A stretch of DNA of 64,000 nt from NCBI GenBank assembly GCA_963762145.1, contig CAVXJS010000014.1:192001-256000 (forward strand), in the 5' to 3' direction. Position 1 is the stretch's first letter, and each line of letters opens with the position of its first letter. This DNA comes from an uncultured Candidatus Rokubacteria bacterium. GTDB lineage: Bacteria; Methylomirabilota; Methylomirabilia; Rokubacteriales; CSP1-6. Below are positions 22,034 to 30,959 of the stretch, piece by piece. A program made the translations under genes and the position numbers. The notes beneath the pieces were generated by a model. That model was not told where the DNA came from. It was given only the letters and a program-made list of their open reading frames with translations, and searched no databases.

Positions 22034-22468
22034 CTAGAGCGTCTTCAGGACCTCCGCGGGCCAGGCGCGGGCATCCACGCGGGCGTGCCACTCCTTGATC
22101 TTGCCGTCCCGGTCGATCACCACGCCGACGCGTGCCGCGCCCTTCTGCGGGTCCGCGTTGGCGCCGTAGGCGGTGCCGATGGTGCGGTCGGTGTCGCAGA
22201 TCAGCGGGAAGTTGAAGGAGAACTTCTCGGCGAACTGCTTGTTCTCGGCGGGGGTATCGAACGACACCCCGAGGATCACCGCGTTCTTGCTGTCGTACTC
22301 GGCCTTCAGGTCGCGGAACCCGCAACCTTCGGCGGTTCAGCCCGGGGTGTCGGCCTTCGGGTAGAACCAGAGCACGACCGTCTTGCCCTTGAAGTCCGCG
22401 AGCTTCACGGGGTTGCCGTTGTGATCGCGGCCGGTGAAGTCCGGCGCCTTGTCTCCCGGGTTGAGCAT
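22034..22468 (-). CDS. bcp: Selenocysteine-containing peroxiredoxin (BCP/PrxQ type)
   Basis: MLNPGDKAPDF...WFYPKADTPG-TGA-TAEGCGFRD...ILGVSFD. In-frame TGA (22339-22337, codon 44) sits at the peroxidatic Cys. AAGGAG RBS and downstream SECIS-like hairpin. Confidence 0.9.
22308..22328 (-). promoter_or_regulatory. Bacterial SECIS-like hairpin of the peroxiredoxin
   Basis: mRNA AGGUUGCGG-GUU-CCGCGACCU, a 9-bp stem (one U-G pair) starting 8 nt after the UGA. Confidence 0.75.
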
Positions 22469-22496
22469 GGAGGTCTCCTTGGTGGCCGCCGGCGAG

Positions 22497-22832
22497 CTAG
22501 GCGCAGCCGGCGCGAGGTGTCCCCGGCGCCCGTCGAGGCACGAGGGTGCAGGCGAAGGTGGCCGGCTGCTTGCGGTGCTGCTCGAGCAGGGCCGCGAGCC
22601 GGGCCAGGGTGCGATCCCGCTTCGCGAGGCCGATGCCGTAGATGGCCAGGTCGTTCACGAGCCGGAGATAGAACACGTGCTGGGCGTCCCCACCGGCGCC
22701 CATGCAGGGCGTGGGCTTCTCGGCCAGCCGGAGCAGGGGGCCGAAGGCCTTCGTGTACTCGTGGAGGGTGGGCTCGTCGCGCAGGTCGCGGGGCACCTCG
22801 GGGAACCGGGCCAGCAGCTCGTCCACCGACAT
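22497..22832 (-). CDS. Hypothetical protein (111 aa, three Cys)
   Basis: MSVDELLARFPEVP...KPTPC...FACTL...AGCA. Host-like codon usage. Lies directly upstream of, and co-oriented with, the peroxiredoxin. Confidence 0.7.
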   Translation of the reverse strand: MSVDELLARFPEVPRDLRDEPTLHEYTKAFGPLLRLAEKPTPCMGAGGDAQHVFYLRLVNDLAIYGIGLAKRDRTLARLAALLEQHRKQPATFACTLVPRRAPGTPRAGCA

Positions 22833-23038
22833 CGGCGCCGCGGTGAAGCATCCCCGCTGTTCGAGATCTTGCCTGCGGCGGATCTGCATGGTGTGGGCCC
22901 TCCGCCCAGAGTATAGCCGGTTGGTGATGTCGACGCTCGCGGAGACGGAAGCGCCGGACATTGCGCTCGGGCCGAGCCTGGCGGAGAATCGCCGCCGTGT
23001 TCCCGCGCACGGTGACCACGGACGAGGGCATCCGGTAG

Positions 23039-24073
23039 ATGGCGACGTCGGCGCCCCGGGTGCAGACGGTGCTGGGCCCCATCGCGCCCGCCGACCTGGG
23101 GCCGACGCTGATGCACGAGCACCTGCTGTGCGACATCCGCCATCCCGAGCAGCGGAAGCCAGACGACCTTGGTCCGGAGCTGGCGCTCGACAACGTGTGG
23201 GCCATCAACTACGGCACCGTGAAGGGCGCGGCGCGGAATTACCTGCTGGACGCGCGCGACGTGGCCACCGACGAGGTGCGCCGCATGGTGGCCGCGGGCG
23301 GACGGGCCATCGTGGACCTCTCCTCGGGCGGCCTCAGCCCCGATCCGCTCGGCCTGGTCGAGATCGCCCGGGCGACCGGCGCGCACGTGATCTTGGGCTG
23401 CGGCCACTACGTGCACGACTACCAGGATCCGTCCAACGCCACGCGCACCGTCGAGGACCTGGCCGAGGAGATCGTGGAGTCGGTGGAGGACGGCGTGTGG
23501 GGTACCGACGTGCGCGCCGGCATCATCGGCGAGATCGGCTGCAGCGCGCCGTGGACGGCGCTCGAGCAGCGGGTCATGCTGGCCGCGGTGCTGGCCCAGC
23601 GGCAGACCGGCGCCGCCATCAACGTGCACCCGGGGCGGCATCCCGACCAGCCGCAGGAGGCGGCCGACTTCATCCGCGTCAAGGGCGGCCGGATGGAGCG
23701 GGTCATCATCAGCCACATCGACCGCACCGTCTTCGACGCGGACCGGCTCGGGCGCCTGGCCGACGCGGGCTGCGTGCTCGAGTGGGACCTCTTCGGGCAG
23801 GAGGCGTCCTACTACCGGCTGGCCGACATCGACATGCCGAACGACGCGATTCGCCTGCGCGCGATCCGGGGCCTGATCGACCGCGGGCACCTGGACCAGG
23901 TCCTGATCTCGCACGACATCTGCTACCGCTCGCGCCTGGTCCGCTGGGGCGGCCACGGCTACGGGCACATCTTCGCCAACGTGGTGCCGCTGATGCGCCG
24001 GCGCGGCTTCTCGGAGCGCGAGATCCAGGCGATCCTGGTGGACAACCCCCGGCGCCTGCTCACGATCGCCTGA
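23039..24073 (+). CDS. Phosphotriesterase-related amidohydrolase
   Basis: VQTVLGPI, TLMHEHL, GIIGEIG, NVHPG, SHIDR, LISHD, DNPRRLL. Confidence 0.92.
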   Translation: MATSAPRVQTVLGPIAPADLGPTLMHEHLLCDIRHPEQRKPDDLGPELALDNVWAINYGTVKGAARNYLLDARDVATDEVRRMVAAGGRAIVDLSSGGLSPDPLGLVEIARATGAHVILGCGHYVHDYQDPSNATRTVEDLAEEIVESVEDGVWGTDVRAGIIGEIGCSAPWTALEQRVMLAAVLAQRQTGAAINVHPGRHPDQPQEAADFIRVKGGRMERVIISHIDRTVFDADRLGRLADAGCVLEWDLFGQEASYYRLADIDMPNDAIRLRAIRGLIDRGHLDQVLISHDICYRSRLVRWGGHGYGHIFANVVPLMRRRGFSEREIQAILVDNPRRLLTIA

Positions 24074-24086
24074 ACGGAGGGACTCC

Positions 24087-24595
24087 ATGGACCTGACCGC
24101 CATGCGCCCGATGGACCTGGACCGCATCACCGAGCTGATCGCCGGCGCCACGAAGCCGGTCAACGTGCTCTGGCAGACCGACGACTCGATCGCCTTCGTG
24201 GCGCGCGGCCGCGAGGGCCGGAGCGAGTTCCACGTCGACCCGAGCGACGAGGTCATGTACATGATCCGGGGCGACATGAACCTGCACTACCGGACGCCCG
24301 ACGGCGCGGAGAAGGTCGCGGTGATCCGGGAGGGCGAGATCCTGCACTGCCCGGCCGGCACCCCGCACTCGCCGCGCTTCCCCACGGACGCCTACGTGCT
24401 GGTGCTGGAGCGCAAGCGGCGGGCGGGCGAGCAGGATCGCTTCCTCTGGTACTGCCCGGCGTGCGACGCCCCGCTCCACCAGGCGGTGCGGCAGGTGGGC
24501 GACTGGCGCGACGATCCGGTGTCCGAGGTCTACGCGGAGTTCTACGGCTCCGCCTCGCACCGCACGTGCCGCAAGTGCGGGCACGTGGCGCCGGG

Positions 24596-24620
<25 letters not shown>
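24087..24620 (+). CDS. 3-hydroxyanthranilate 3,4-dioxygenase-like cupin
   Basis: RSEFHVDPSDE (His/Glu iron ligands), PHSPR, LERKR, rubredoxin-type CPAC and CRKC. Confidence 0.85.
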
Positions 24621-25720
<1,100 letters not shown>

Positions 25721-25745
25721 CGCGCCGCTCCAGCCCGATGTGACG

Positions 25746-27188
25746 CTACAGGGGGTTCTGCGTGGTCAGGGCCAACTGGCCCCGGGTGGGCTCCGCTCAG
25801 CAGAACCACGCCTCGGTGAGGCGCGGCGGGCGCTTCCGGTCCCTCGCCATGCCGCCGGCCACCGGCGCCGGCGCGGGCACGCCGGCCGCCTGCGCGGCCA
25901 TCGCGCGCACGCTGTCGAAGATGCGCGGGGCGTCGGCCTTCATCTCCGTCGCGCGCGCCACCAGGTCCGCCGTCTCCGCCTGCAGGCGGTCCATGCGCGG
26001 ATCGGGGTGCGTCCACTTGTAGGAAAGCGTGGCCTGCTCGAGCGGGCCCAGGTGCGGCCGCAGCGCCTCGGTCTCGAGCAGCAGCGAGCCCGGCGGCACC
26101 AGCAGGCGCAGGCCGTACTGCACCGGGTCCACGTGATCGATCAGGGCCTGCGCCTCGAGGAAGTCGAGCCAGGCGCGATGCTCGTCGAGCGTCGTCCACG
26201 GCGTGAAGGCCACCCACGTGGGCCGGAGCGTGATGCCGGCGTCGCGCGTGACCGCGAGCGCGGTCAGGATGTCGGCGCGCGTGTGGCCCTTCTCGAGATG
26301 CGCGAGCACGGTGTCGCTCAGCGATTCGGCGGCGGAGACGATGAAGAGGCAGCCGGCCTCGGCCAGCGCGGGCAGGTGCGCGCGGTGGCGCAGCAGGTGC
26401 TCGATCTTCGCGGTGACGTCGAACGTGACGTCGGGCCACTCGGCGTGGAGCTCGCGCGCCACCGCGAGCGCGTGCGTGGGCCCGTTGAGGAAGTCGGGAT
26501 CGCCGAAGGTGACGTGCCGGGCGCCCGCCTCGATCTGCTGGCGGATGTCGGCCAGCACGATCTGGCGCGGCACCGCGAAGAACCGCCCGCCGTAGACCGG
26601 CGGGATCGGGCAGTGGCGGCAGCGGTGCAGGCACCCGCGGCTCGACTCCGCGTAGGCGACCAGATCCATGCGGCCGTCGCGCTCGACGTGGGTATACGTC
26701 TTGATGGAGGGCAGGCCCGCGCGGCTCGGCACCGGGAAGTCGAGGCGCGTGAGATTGGGCGCCGCGGGCTGGCCCGGCCGCGCCACCGCGGGCAGCGGCC
26801 CCGCGTCGCCCCGCTCGAGCGCGTCCACCAGCGCGAGCAGCGGCGTCTCCGCCTCGCCGCCGATCACGCTGTCCGCCCCGTGGGCGAAGAGGTAGTCGGC
26901 GTTGAGGGTGGCGTAGAGGCCGAAGAAGCAGAGGTGCGCGCCCGGATTCGCGGTGCGAGCGTGCGCGGCCACCTCCACACCCAGGCGCAGCGCGGTGTGC
27001 ATCGGCACCGAGATGGCGATGACCCGGGCGCGCGCCAGCTTCTGCGCGTCCAGCGGCTCCACCGAGACGTCCATCAGGGCCGGCCGGTACCCGGCGCGCT
27101 CCAGGAAGGCGGCCGGCCAGGCCACCGCGAGGGGCTGATGGCCCATCTCGTAGCAGGCCACGAGGAGAATGTCGCCTGGCTCGCGCAT
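25746..27188 (-). CDS. Radical SAM (seleno)protein with CUAEP C-terminal tail
   Basis: N-terminal B12-binding-like domain, CLHRCRHC motif. Ends LTEAWFC-TGA-AEPTRGQLALTTQNPL-TAG, with TGA at 25799-25797 followed by a SECIS-like hairpin. Confidence 0.88.
25767..25784 (-). promoter_or_regulatory. Bacterial SECIS-like hairpin of the radical SAM gene
   Basis: mRNA CGGGGCC-AGUU-GGCCCUG starting 12 nt after the UGA. Confidence 0.7.
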
Positions 27189-27198
27189 TGCGGCCAGT

Positions 27199-28392
27199 CT
27201 ACACCTCCGGATCGTCCGGAACCGGCACCGCGCCCGGAAGCGGCTGCGCCTCGAGGCGCCAGAAAACGGCGACGGCGGGCACGGTGAGCGCCATCAGCGC
27301 CGCCGCGAACAGCAGGGGCACGGCGGGATCGCCGGTGAGGTCGCGCAGCCAGCCGGCCAGGGTCTGCGCGACCGCCATGCCGAGGTAGAAGAGCCCGTAG
27401 AACACGCCGAACGCGGTGGCCAGGTGCTCGGCGGGCACCGCGCGGGGCAGGAGCGCCATCATGATGCTGGGCGGCAGGCCGAGCAGGATGCCGGTCACCA
27501 CCAATGACACCGCTGGCATCGGCGCGGAGGCGATGGCGGTCATCCCGATCGCGGCGGCCAGGCAGCCGGTGACGATCAGCAGCTTCGGCCGGTTCACGCG
27601 GTCCGCCACCAGGCCGCCCACCGGCACCGACACGATGCTGATCCAGAGCGCGGCGCCGGTGATCAGGCCCGCCTCGCCGACGGAAGAGCCGCGTGACATC
27701 AGGAAGCTCGGCGCGAAGCTCGCCACCACGATGATGCTCGCGTTGAGCAGCGCCCAGCCGACGCCCGCGCTGATCGCCAGAGTCCACACGCGCTGCGGCA
27801 CGTTGAGGCGCAGCCGCGCCGTATCGCCGGGCCCTTCGGGCGGATCCTCGTAGAGGATCACCATGGCCGCCAGCGCGAGGGCGGCAAACACCACGGTGGC
27901 GTACTCGGCCACCCGCCACGTGGCGAGCAGCGCGAGCGGCCCCAGCATCATCAGCGCGAGCGCCATGCCGAAGGGCCACGCGGCCAGCATGAGGCCCAGC
28001 GCGGTCTGCAGCTCGCGCCCGCGGAACCAGTCCGCCACCATGCGCGCCAGCATGATGTTGACCAGCACGCCGCCGGTGCCGGACAGCGTGCGGCCGAGCG
28101 CGCCGCTGCCGAACCCGACCGCGTAGGAGACGAGGATGCCGCCCGCGATCATCAGCCCGAGGCCGGCGAAGACGACGCGCCGGCTGCCGAAGCGCTGGCC
28201 GAGCAGCCCGCCCGGCAGCGCGAAGACCACGCCGGGCAGCATGAAGAGGCCCATCAGCAGCCCCACCTGCGCCCAGGAGATGTCGAACGCGGTAACCAGG
28301 AACGGGGTGAGAGCGGCGATGGACTGGAACTGGAAGCCGAGCGCCGTGCGGGTGAAGAAGATCACGAGCAGCATCGCCCAGCGCTCGCTCAT
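27199..28392 (-). CDS. MFS transporter
   Basis: About 12 hydrophobic segments, motif A-like GLLGQRFGSRR and GLVADRVNRPK. Confidence 0.9.
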   Translation of the reverse strand: MSERWAMLLVIFFTRTALGFQFQSIAALTPFLVTAFDISWAQVGLLMGLFMLPGVVFALPGGLLGQRFGSRRVVFAGLGLMIAGGILVSYAVGFGSGALGRTLSGTGGVLVNIMLARMVADWFRGRELQTALGLMLAAWPFGMALALMMLGPLALLATWRVAEYATVVFAALALAAMVILYEDPPEGPGDTARLRLNVPQRVWTLAISAGVGWALLNASIIVVASFAPSFLMSRGSSVGEAGLITGAALWISIVSVPVGGLVADRVNRPKLLIVTGCLAAAIGMTAIASAPMPAVSLVVTGILLGLPPSIMMALLPRAVPAEHLATAFGVFYGLFYLGMAVAQTLAGWLRDLTGDPAVPLLFAAALMALTVPAVAVFWRLEAQPLPGAVPVPDDPEV

Positions 28393-28775
28393 GAGGCCCG
28401 CTCCGCGAAAGCCAGCGCGAACGTGCCGTGGCAGGCGGGGCAGTCGAGGCTTCGCCCCGCCTCGAAGCGGCCGCCGGCCTTGGACGTCTGCTCGGCGCCG
28501 CAGCGCGGGCAGGGACCGCGCACCTCCGCGAGCCGCCGGTCTTCCCGCGATCGCTTCACGGCCATGATGATGCCGGCGGTGACGAAGGTGGGCACCAGGA
28601 CGAAGTGCGCCACCGGGATGAAGAGGCCGCCCAGCGCCAGCGCCCAGAACATGCCGAGCCCGGTCAACACGCGGCCCACCCGCTCGCCGGTGGTCTGCTC
28701 GATCACCACCGCGGTGCCCGGGCGCGGCGCGAAGCCGAACGCGGTGAGCGAGACCGCCACCTGGACCTGGGTCAT
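28389..28775 (-). CDS. Membrane protein with C-terminal zinc ribbon
   Basis: Two TM segments followed by CPRC and CPAC. Confidence 0.75.
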   Translation of the reverse strand: MTQVQVAVSLTAFGFAPRPGTAVVIEQTTGERVGRVLTGLGMFWALALGGLFIPVAHFVLVPTFVTAGIIMAVKRSREDRRLAEVRGPCPRCGAEQTSKAGGRFEAGRSLDCPACHGTFALAFAERAS

Positions 28776-28791
28776 GGACGGGTCGGGAGGG

Positions 28792-29886
28792 TCAGGTCCG
28801 GTAGCTGATGCGATAGATGCGCCCTGCGCCCTGGTCGGAGAGGTAGAGCGCGCCGTCGCGCCCCACGATGAGGTCCACCGGCCGGCCCCACGACGAGGGG
28901 CCCTCGAGCCAGCCGGTGGCGAAGTCCTCCACGCCCGCGGGCTTGCCGTCGCGGAAGGGCACGCGCACGACCTTGTAGCCGGTGGGCACGGTGCGGTTCC
29001 ACGAGCCGCGATAGGCCACGAAGAGGCTGCCGCGGTAGTCGGCCGGAAACTGCGTGCCCGTATAGAAGGTGAGCCCGATGGGCGCCGAGTGCGCCTGGAT
29101 CTCCACGGTGGGCGGCGTCACGCGGTCGCAGCGCGCGCCCTTCTCGAAGGCATCGTCCGGGATGGCCTTGCCGCCCATCACCAGGCAGTCGGGCCAGCCG
29201 TAGAAGGCGCCGTCGCGCACCTCGGTGATCATCTCGGGCGGCACGTCGGCGCCGCGCCAGTCGCGCTCGTTCACGGTGGCCCAGAGCACGTCGGTGCCGG
29301 GTTGGAACGCCAGGCCCACCGCGTTGCGCAGGCCGGAGGCGAAGATGCGCTCGCCCGAGCCGTCGGCGTTGTAGCGCAGCACTGCGGCGCGGCGCTTGTC
29401 GCTCTCGCGGCACACGTTGCAGGAGGAGCCCACCGAGACGTACATGGCGCCGTCGGGCCCGAAGACCATGGTGCGGGTCCAGTGGTTGCCGCCCGGCGGT
29501 AGACCGGTCACGACAACGCTGGGCTGAGTCGCCTTCATCGTGGCCGGGTCATAGCGGAAGCGCTGCACGCGCGTGCTCTCCGCCACGTAGAGCGCGCCGT
29601 CCTTGAAGGCCAGGCCGTGCGGCTGGCCGAGCCCGTCCACCACGGTCTGGATCGCGTCGGCCTTGCCGTCTCCGTTCCGATCGGGCAGCGCCAGCACGCG
29701 CCCGCGCGCCGGCTCCGAGACCAGCAGCGTGCCCGCCGGGTCCAGCGCCATGAGGCGCGGGCTGCCCACCTTGGTCGCGAACACCTCGATGGCGAAGCCC
29801 GCGGGGACCTTGAGCGGCGGCTCGTTCTGCGCGCCGGCGATGGCCGGCCACGCCAGCAGCGCCAGCGCGGCCAGCAGGCGGCTCAC
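28792..29886 (-). CDS. PQQ-dependent sugar/sorbosone dehydrogenase family beta-propeller
   Basis: Signal peptide, LKVPAGFAIEVFA, HWTR, VSVGSSCN, GLRNAVG, AHSAPIG, GSWNR, GRPVD. Confidence 0.9.
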   Translation of the reverse strand: MSRLLAALALLAWPAIAGAQNEPPLKVPAGFAIEVFATKVGSPRLMALDPAGTLLVSEPARGRVLALPDRNGDGKADAIQTVVDGLGQPHGLAFKDGALYVAESTRVQRFRYDPATMKATQPSVVVTGLPPGGNHWTRTMVFGPDGAMYVSVGSSCNVCRESDKRRAAVLRYNADGSGERIFASGLRNAVGLAFQPGTDVLWATVNERDWRGADVPPEMITEVRDGAFYGWPDCLVMGGKAIPDDAFEKGARCDRVTPPTVEIQAHSAPIGLTFYTGTQFPADYRGSLFVAYRGSWNRTVPTGYKVVRVPFRDGKPAGVEDFATGWLEGPSSWGRPVDLIVGRDGALYLSDQGAGRIYRISYRT

Positions 29887-30755
29887 TTGCGCCCGGCCCG
29901 GTACCACTCGTAGATCTCCTCGCCGGTGGTGAACCACACGCCGGGTTTCTTGCGCATGTAGTCGTAGACCGCCTCGAAGTACTTGATGCGGTGCGGGACG
30001 CCGGAAATATAAGGATGCACGGCCAGCGCCATGACTCGCGGATTCTTGGCCCCTTCGGCGTAGAGCCGGTCGAACTGGTCCTTCGCACGCTGCAGCCACT
30101 CGGCGGACGTATGGTGCTGGATCACCATCATCGGGATGTCGTTGAGCTCGAGCGTGTAGGGCACGGAGACGAGCGGCCCCGACTGCGTGCGGATCTCGTA
30201 GGGCTGATCGTCGTTGACCCAGTCGGAGACGTACTCGATGCCCTCGGCGGCCAGGTAGTCGAGCGTCTCCCACGTCTCGGTGAGGCCGGGCCCGAGCCAG
30301 CCCTTCGGCTTCTTGCCGGTGAACTTCTGCAGCAGCTCGATGGAGTGCCGGATCGCGGCGGGCTGATCGGGCAGGAGATGCATCGCTCCCTGGATCACCC
30401 CGTGAGCCATGAACTCCCAGCCCGCGTCCAGCATCGCGCGGGCCACCGGCTCGTAGGATTCCACCACGTGGGCGTTGATCGCGGTGGTGGCGCGGATCTT
30501 TCGCTTGGTGAGCGCGTCGAGCAGCCGCCAGAATCCCACCCGCATCCCGTAGTCGTGCCAGGCCCAGTTGGGGACGTCGGGCACGGTGGCCACGCCCTGG
30601 GGCGCGGTGAGGTACTGGCGCGCCATCGCCTTCTCGATGTCCCACTCCTCGATGTTGACGATGGTCCACACCGCGATGCGGGCGCCTTTCGGCAGGGACC
30701 AGGGCTTGCGGGCGGCGATAGGCGAGTAGTCGAAGCGGTCGCGGGGTAGCTTCAC
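29883..30755 (-). CDS. Polysaccharide deacetylase family protein (PuuE allantoinase-like)
   Basis: YSPI..R, NIEEW, DYGMRVGFWR, GWLGPGLTET, PYTLELND, LAVHPYISG. Confidence 0.88.
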   Translation of the reverse strand: MKLPRDRFDYSPIAARKPWSLPKGARIAVWTIVNIEEWDIEKAMARQYLTAPQGVATVPDVPNWAWHDYGMRVGFWRLLDALTKRKIRATTAINAHVVESYEPVARAMLDAGWEFMAHGVIQGAMHLLPDQPAAIRHSIELLQKFTGKKPKGWLGPGLTETWETLDYLAAEGIEYVSDWVNDDQPYEIRTQSGPLVSVPYTLELNDIPMMVIQHHTSAEWLQRAKDQFDRLYAEGAKNPRVMALAVHPYISGVPHRIKYFEAVYDYMRKKPGVWFTTGEEIYEWYRAGRK

Positions 30756-30931
30756 CGAGCTCTCTCCCTCCCTCGCGGAGTGTACGGCAACCGCCCGGGC
30801 TCGGCCACCGCCGACGAGTGCCCTGCGCGCGGGGCACTGAACGCCGCGTCAGTGCACCGCGGGATGTGAAGTGGCGGCCGCTGCCCCGATCCAAACTCCC
30901 GTCGCGCTTGGCGATTGGACGGGGGAAGTCG

Positions 30932-30947
30932 TGGCACGCGTGCTGCT
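30932..30947 (+). promoter_or_regulatory. Putative sigma54 (-24/-12) promoter
   Basis: TGGCACGCGTGCTGCT matches TGGCACG-N4-TTGCW with one mismatch. The predicted start site falls at about the ATG at 30960. Confidence 0.6.
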
Positions 30948-30959
30948 CCGCCGGACGGC

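Noticed and set aside
22034-22279. 81-aa ORF as a truncated peroxiredoxin pseudogene
   Set aside because: It is the in-frame C-terminal part of an intact gene starting at 22468 with an RBS.
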